NCBI RefSeq assembly: GCF_035084215.1
Contig: NC_090370.1
Location: 5,270,001 to 5,334,000 of the forward strand
Direction of reading: 5' to 3'
DNA from: Heptranchias perlo
Taxonomy: Eukaryota
Length of the DNA stretch: 64,000 bases
The notes under the pieces are model-generated. The model saw only the letters and a list, made by a program, of their open reading frames with translations, had not been told where the DNA came from and made no database searches. The stretch's first letter is position 1, and every line of letters begins with the position of its first letter. The position numbers and the translations under genes were made by a program. Positions 61,786 through 64,000 of this stretch are shown here, one piece after another.

Positions 61786-64000
61786 AAAATTAATTGTGGA
61801 TTCTGAGGAAAGTATGTTCATCGTGATGTGTACATTCCTGCAGTCAATCCTCCCAGAACAAAATGGCTCAAACCCAGACCTATTCCACAGCATGTTTGTT
61901 TTAATCTGTTTTGAGTGTGCTTAAGTGGAGGAAGTTCCCTGACTACCTCTGACCTGGGAAGTGTTTGTTTCACAGCTGAATGGTTAAATACGCACCGCAT
62001 GTTTTGAAGCTTTTCTAGTTTGTTACCAACTGAACATCATAACAAATGTTACATGGTGTCAGAATTGGATGTAACTCACTCTGAATCTACCAGAATGTTT
62101 TAACAGGAGATATAGCAGAAACAAAAAGAACATTTGAAGTCAGGAAAGTTGCTTCTTATTGCGCCATATGCTTTTCAGCTAACTACTCTAAACTTGCTTA
62201 GATGCTGTTTTTGTTGTACTGTATCTTGCCTAGTAAAATGGTTTTTAACGGATAACCCCCAAAAATTCAATATGTTGTGAATCACTACTTGAATGAGAGA
62301 AAACAAATGTGATGTTTACATTTTTGAGGTAGGTTTTTTATATTACTTGTTGACTAGGTTACAATTTGGCTTTTCCCCAATACTTGCTCTCATGTGCATG
62401 GTTAGATGGTAGTTTCCATAAGCCTTATGAACTGAAATGTCTGTCCTAGTCACTGCTATGTACAGGGTAGCCCAGGTTTAACAATTAACCTCTAGTTGCA
62501 GTAACCCTATTTATTGGGGATACCCACCATATTCTCCTGTCACTTCTGAAGGCAGAAATAACCTGGCATGAGACCAAAGCGTTTAGGCTAAAGCTACTTG
62601 ATCAATTGTAAGTACAGTTAAAATAATATACAGAAGCAAAAAGCCACAGCAAGATATTGAAACTGCACAAAAATCACACTTTGACAATATATGAACTTTT
62701 TTTTATAAAAAAGAAAAGACACAGTGCGAAACCGTTGTTCTTTTCAGTAACATTTGAGTACCAATCTGATGATTATATGAAAGATAAGATCCCACAGAGC
62801 CTCTATTCGTCCCCTCATATTTAGCGGCATGGTGAAGCAAGGAAATGAAGACCCCCAAAAGAATCTCCAGATTTTAAAAGCATCTTTGCCTTTGATGAAA
62901 AAGCAGACCCTTTGAAGAGTGTCCTTAGAAAACACACATCACAACAAACCATGCGTTAATGATCCAGAAAATGAGTACCATCTCAGGGATCTTTACACTT
63001 TCCCAGTATAATGGTTCCCAACACCCAATAAAAGCAAAGATCACACTTGCGGCAGTCATCACCAAGAGGAACTCACATAGAATAGCAATGCAGAGGACAC
63101 AAACAATGGACCATATTTTGCGTAGCCTGATATGCTTTGAAACAACAAAGGAAAGTAATATAAGGAGAATATTTCCCATGGACATATCACCTGCAGTGCT
63201 CCATTTTGAATCTCCGTGACGGACAACAGTTTTCATTTTAACTCAAAAACATATAAATTAAAGACAAATTTTCTCATTTGTCACAATATCACTATTTGGC
63301 ATTTATGAAGCTAGCCTCACATACATGATAAACATGTCACTCCCAATCCTGTCCAGTATCTCTGTTTCCACATTGCAGTTGTGGGTGAAGATAACATAAT
63401 GTGAGGAAATCTATAATAAACATGATCGTTAAGAGAAGCCTTACTTTTTTGTCTATTAATGTTTTCAGTATCTTCTTTTTGTTACAGTTCCTCAAGTATA
63501 TTGGCATTTTTTTCTCGAGTCCTCTTCTTTAAAGTTGTATCCCAAATACCTCCTCTCTGTGATCAAAGTTTCTTAAGGCCACGTGTGGATAATATTTCTT
63601 CCTTCAGGATCTACAGAAGAATTAGACAATGCGAATTCTGTTAACTGTGCCCTCTGTGAGTGTGCCGTTGGTGTGTTGAATCATCCCACACCATGAATGA
63701 TTGCAGAGGACAACATTATGCATTAGTCCTGGTGGCTATGTGACCTTGTGCCAGTGCACTCCAACAAGATGCCACCTCCACTGTCTATGTGCCCTCTGGC
63801 AGATTGGCAGATGCACAATGCGGTGCTGCCATGCTGTGTTAGATATAACAGGTTGCACAACATCGCCAAACTTTTTTTTCCGAGTGCTCTTATGTTACCT
63901 GCCCCCTGCAAAGGCTAAATAGACCAGGAAGACCCCAGGTTCGATCCCCAGCCTGTGCTGAATTAGCTGGCTTCAGCTGGGGAAGCAGGTGCGATGTTAT

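Noticed and set aside
1-64000. Prokaryotic-type systems (CRISPR arrays, operons, rRNA)
   Set aside because: The sequence is intron-rich vertebrate DNA; no regularly spaced repeat arrays or rRNA-like segments were seen.

Overview
Eukaryotic (vertebrate) genomic DNA. The repeat content (CR1, L2, Tx1, Deu-domain-type SINEs, Penelope-derived fragments, Harbinger relics) suggests a cartilaginous fish; this is an inference. Two spliced + strand protein-coding genes can be built by hand. (1) A complete RAB5B: non-coding first exon near 9.5 kb and five coding exons 15938-23276, 215 aa. (2) A strongly diverged LRRFIP-family gene (31342-50415, about 1000 aa). It keeps LRRFIP1/2-like exon sizes and ends in a large acidic exon with a CaaX box (CQVS). 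Its position next to RAB5B makes it a candidate third vertebrate LRRFIP paralogue. A third, apparently non-coding or decayed, + strand spliced unit may start in a CpG-rich patch at about 54.8 kb that lies inside a hAT-type element with an 8-bp TSD. Mobile DNA includes a near-intact CR1 ORF2 just upstream of the RAB5B promoter, a Harbinger Myb/SANT relic, and a triple nest at 60-61.6 kb (SINE, then Tx1 LINE, then a Penelope-derived insertion with a perfect 58-bp inverted repeat and hammerhead ribozyme cores). No database searches were run. Homology calls come from recalled family motifs, and repeat boundaries are approximate.
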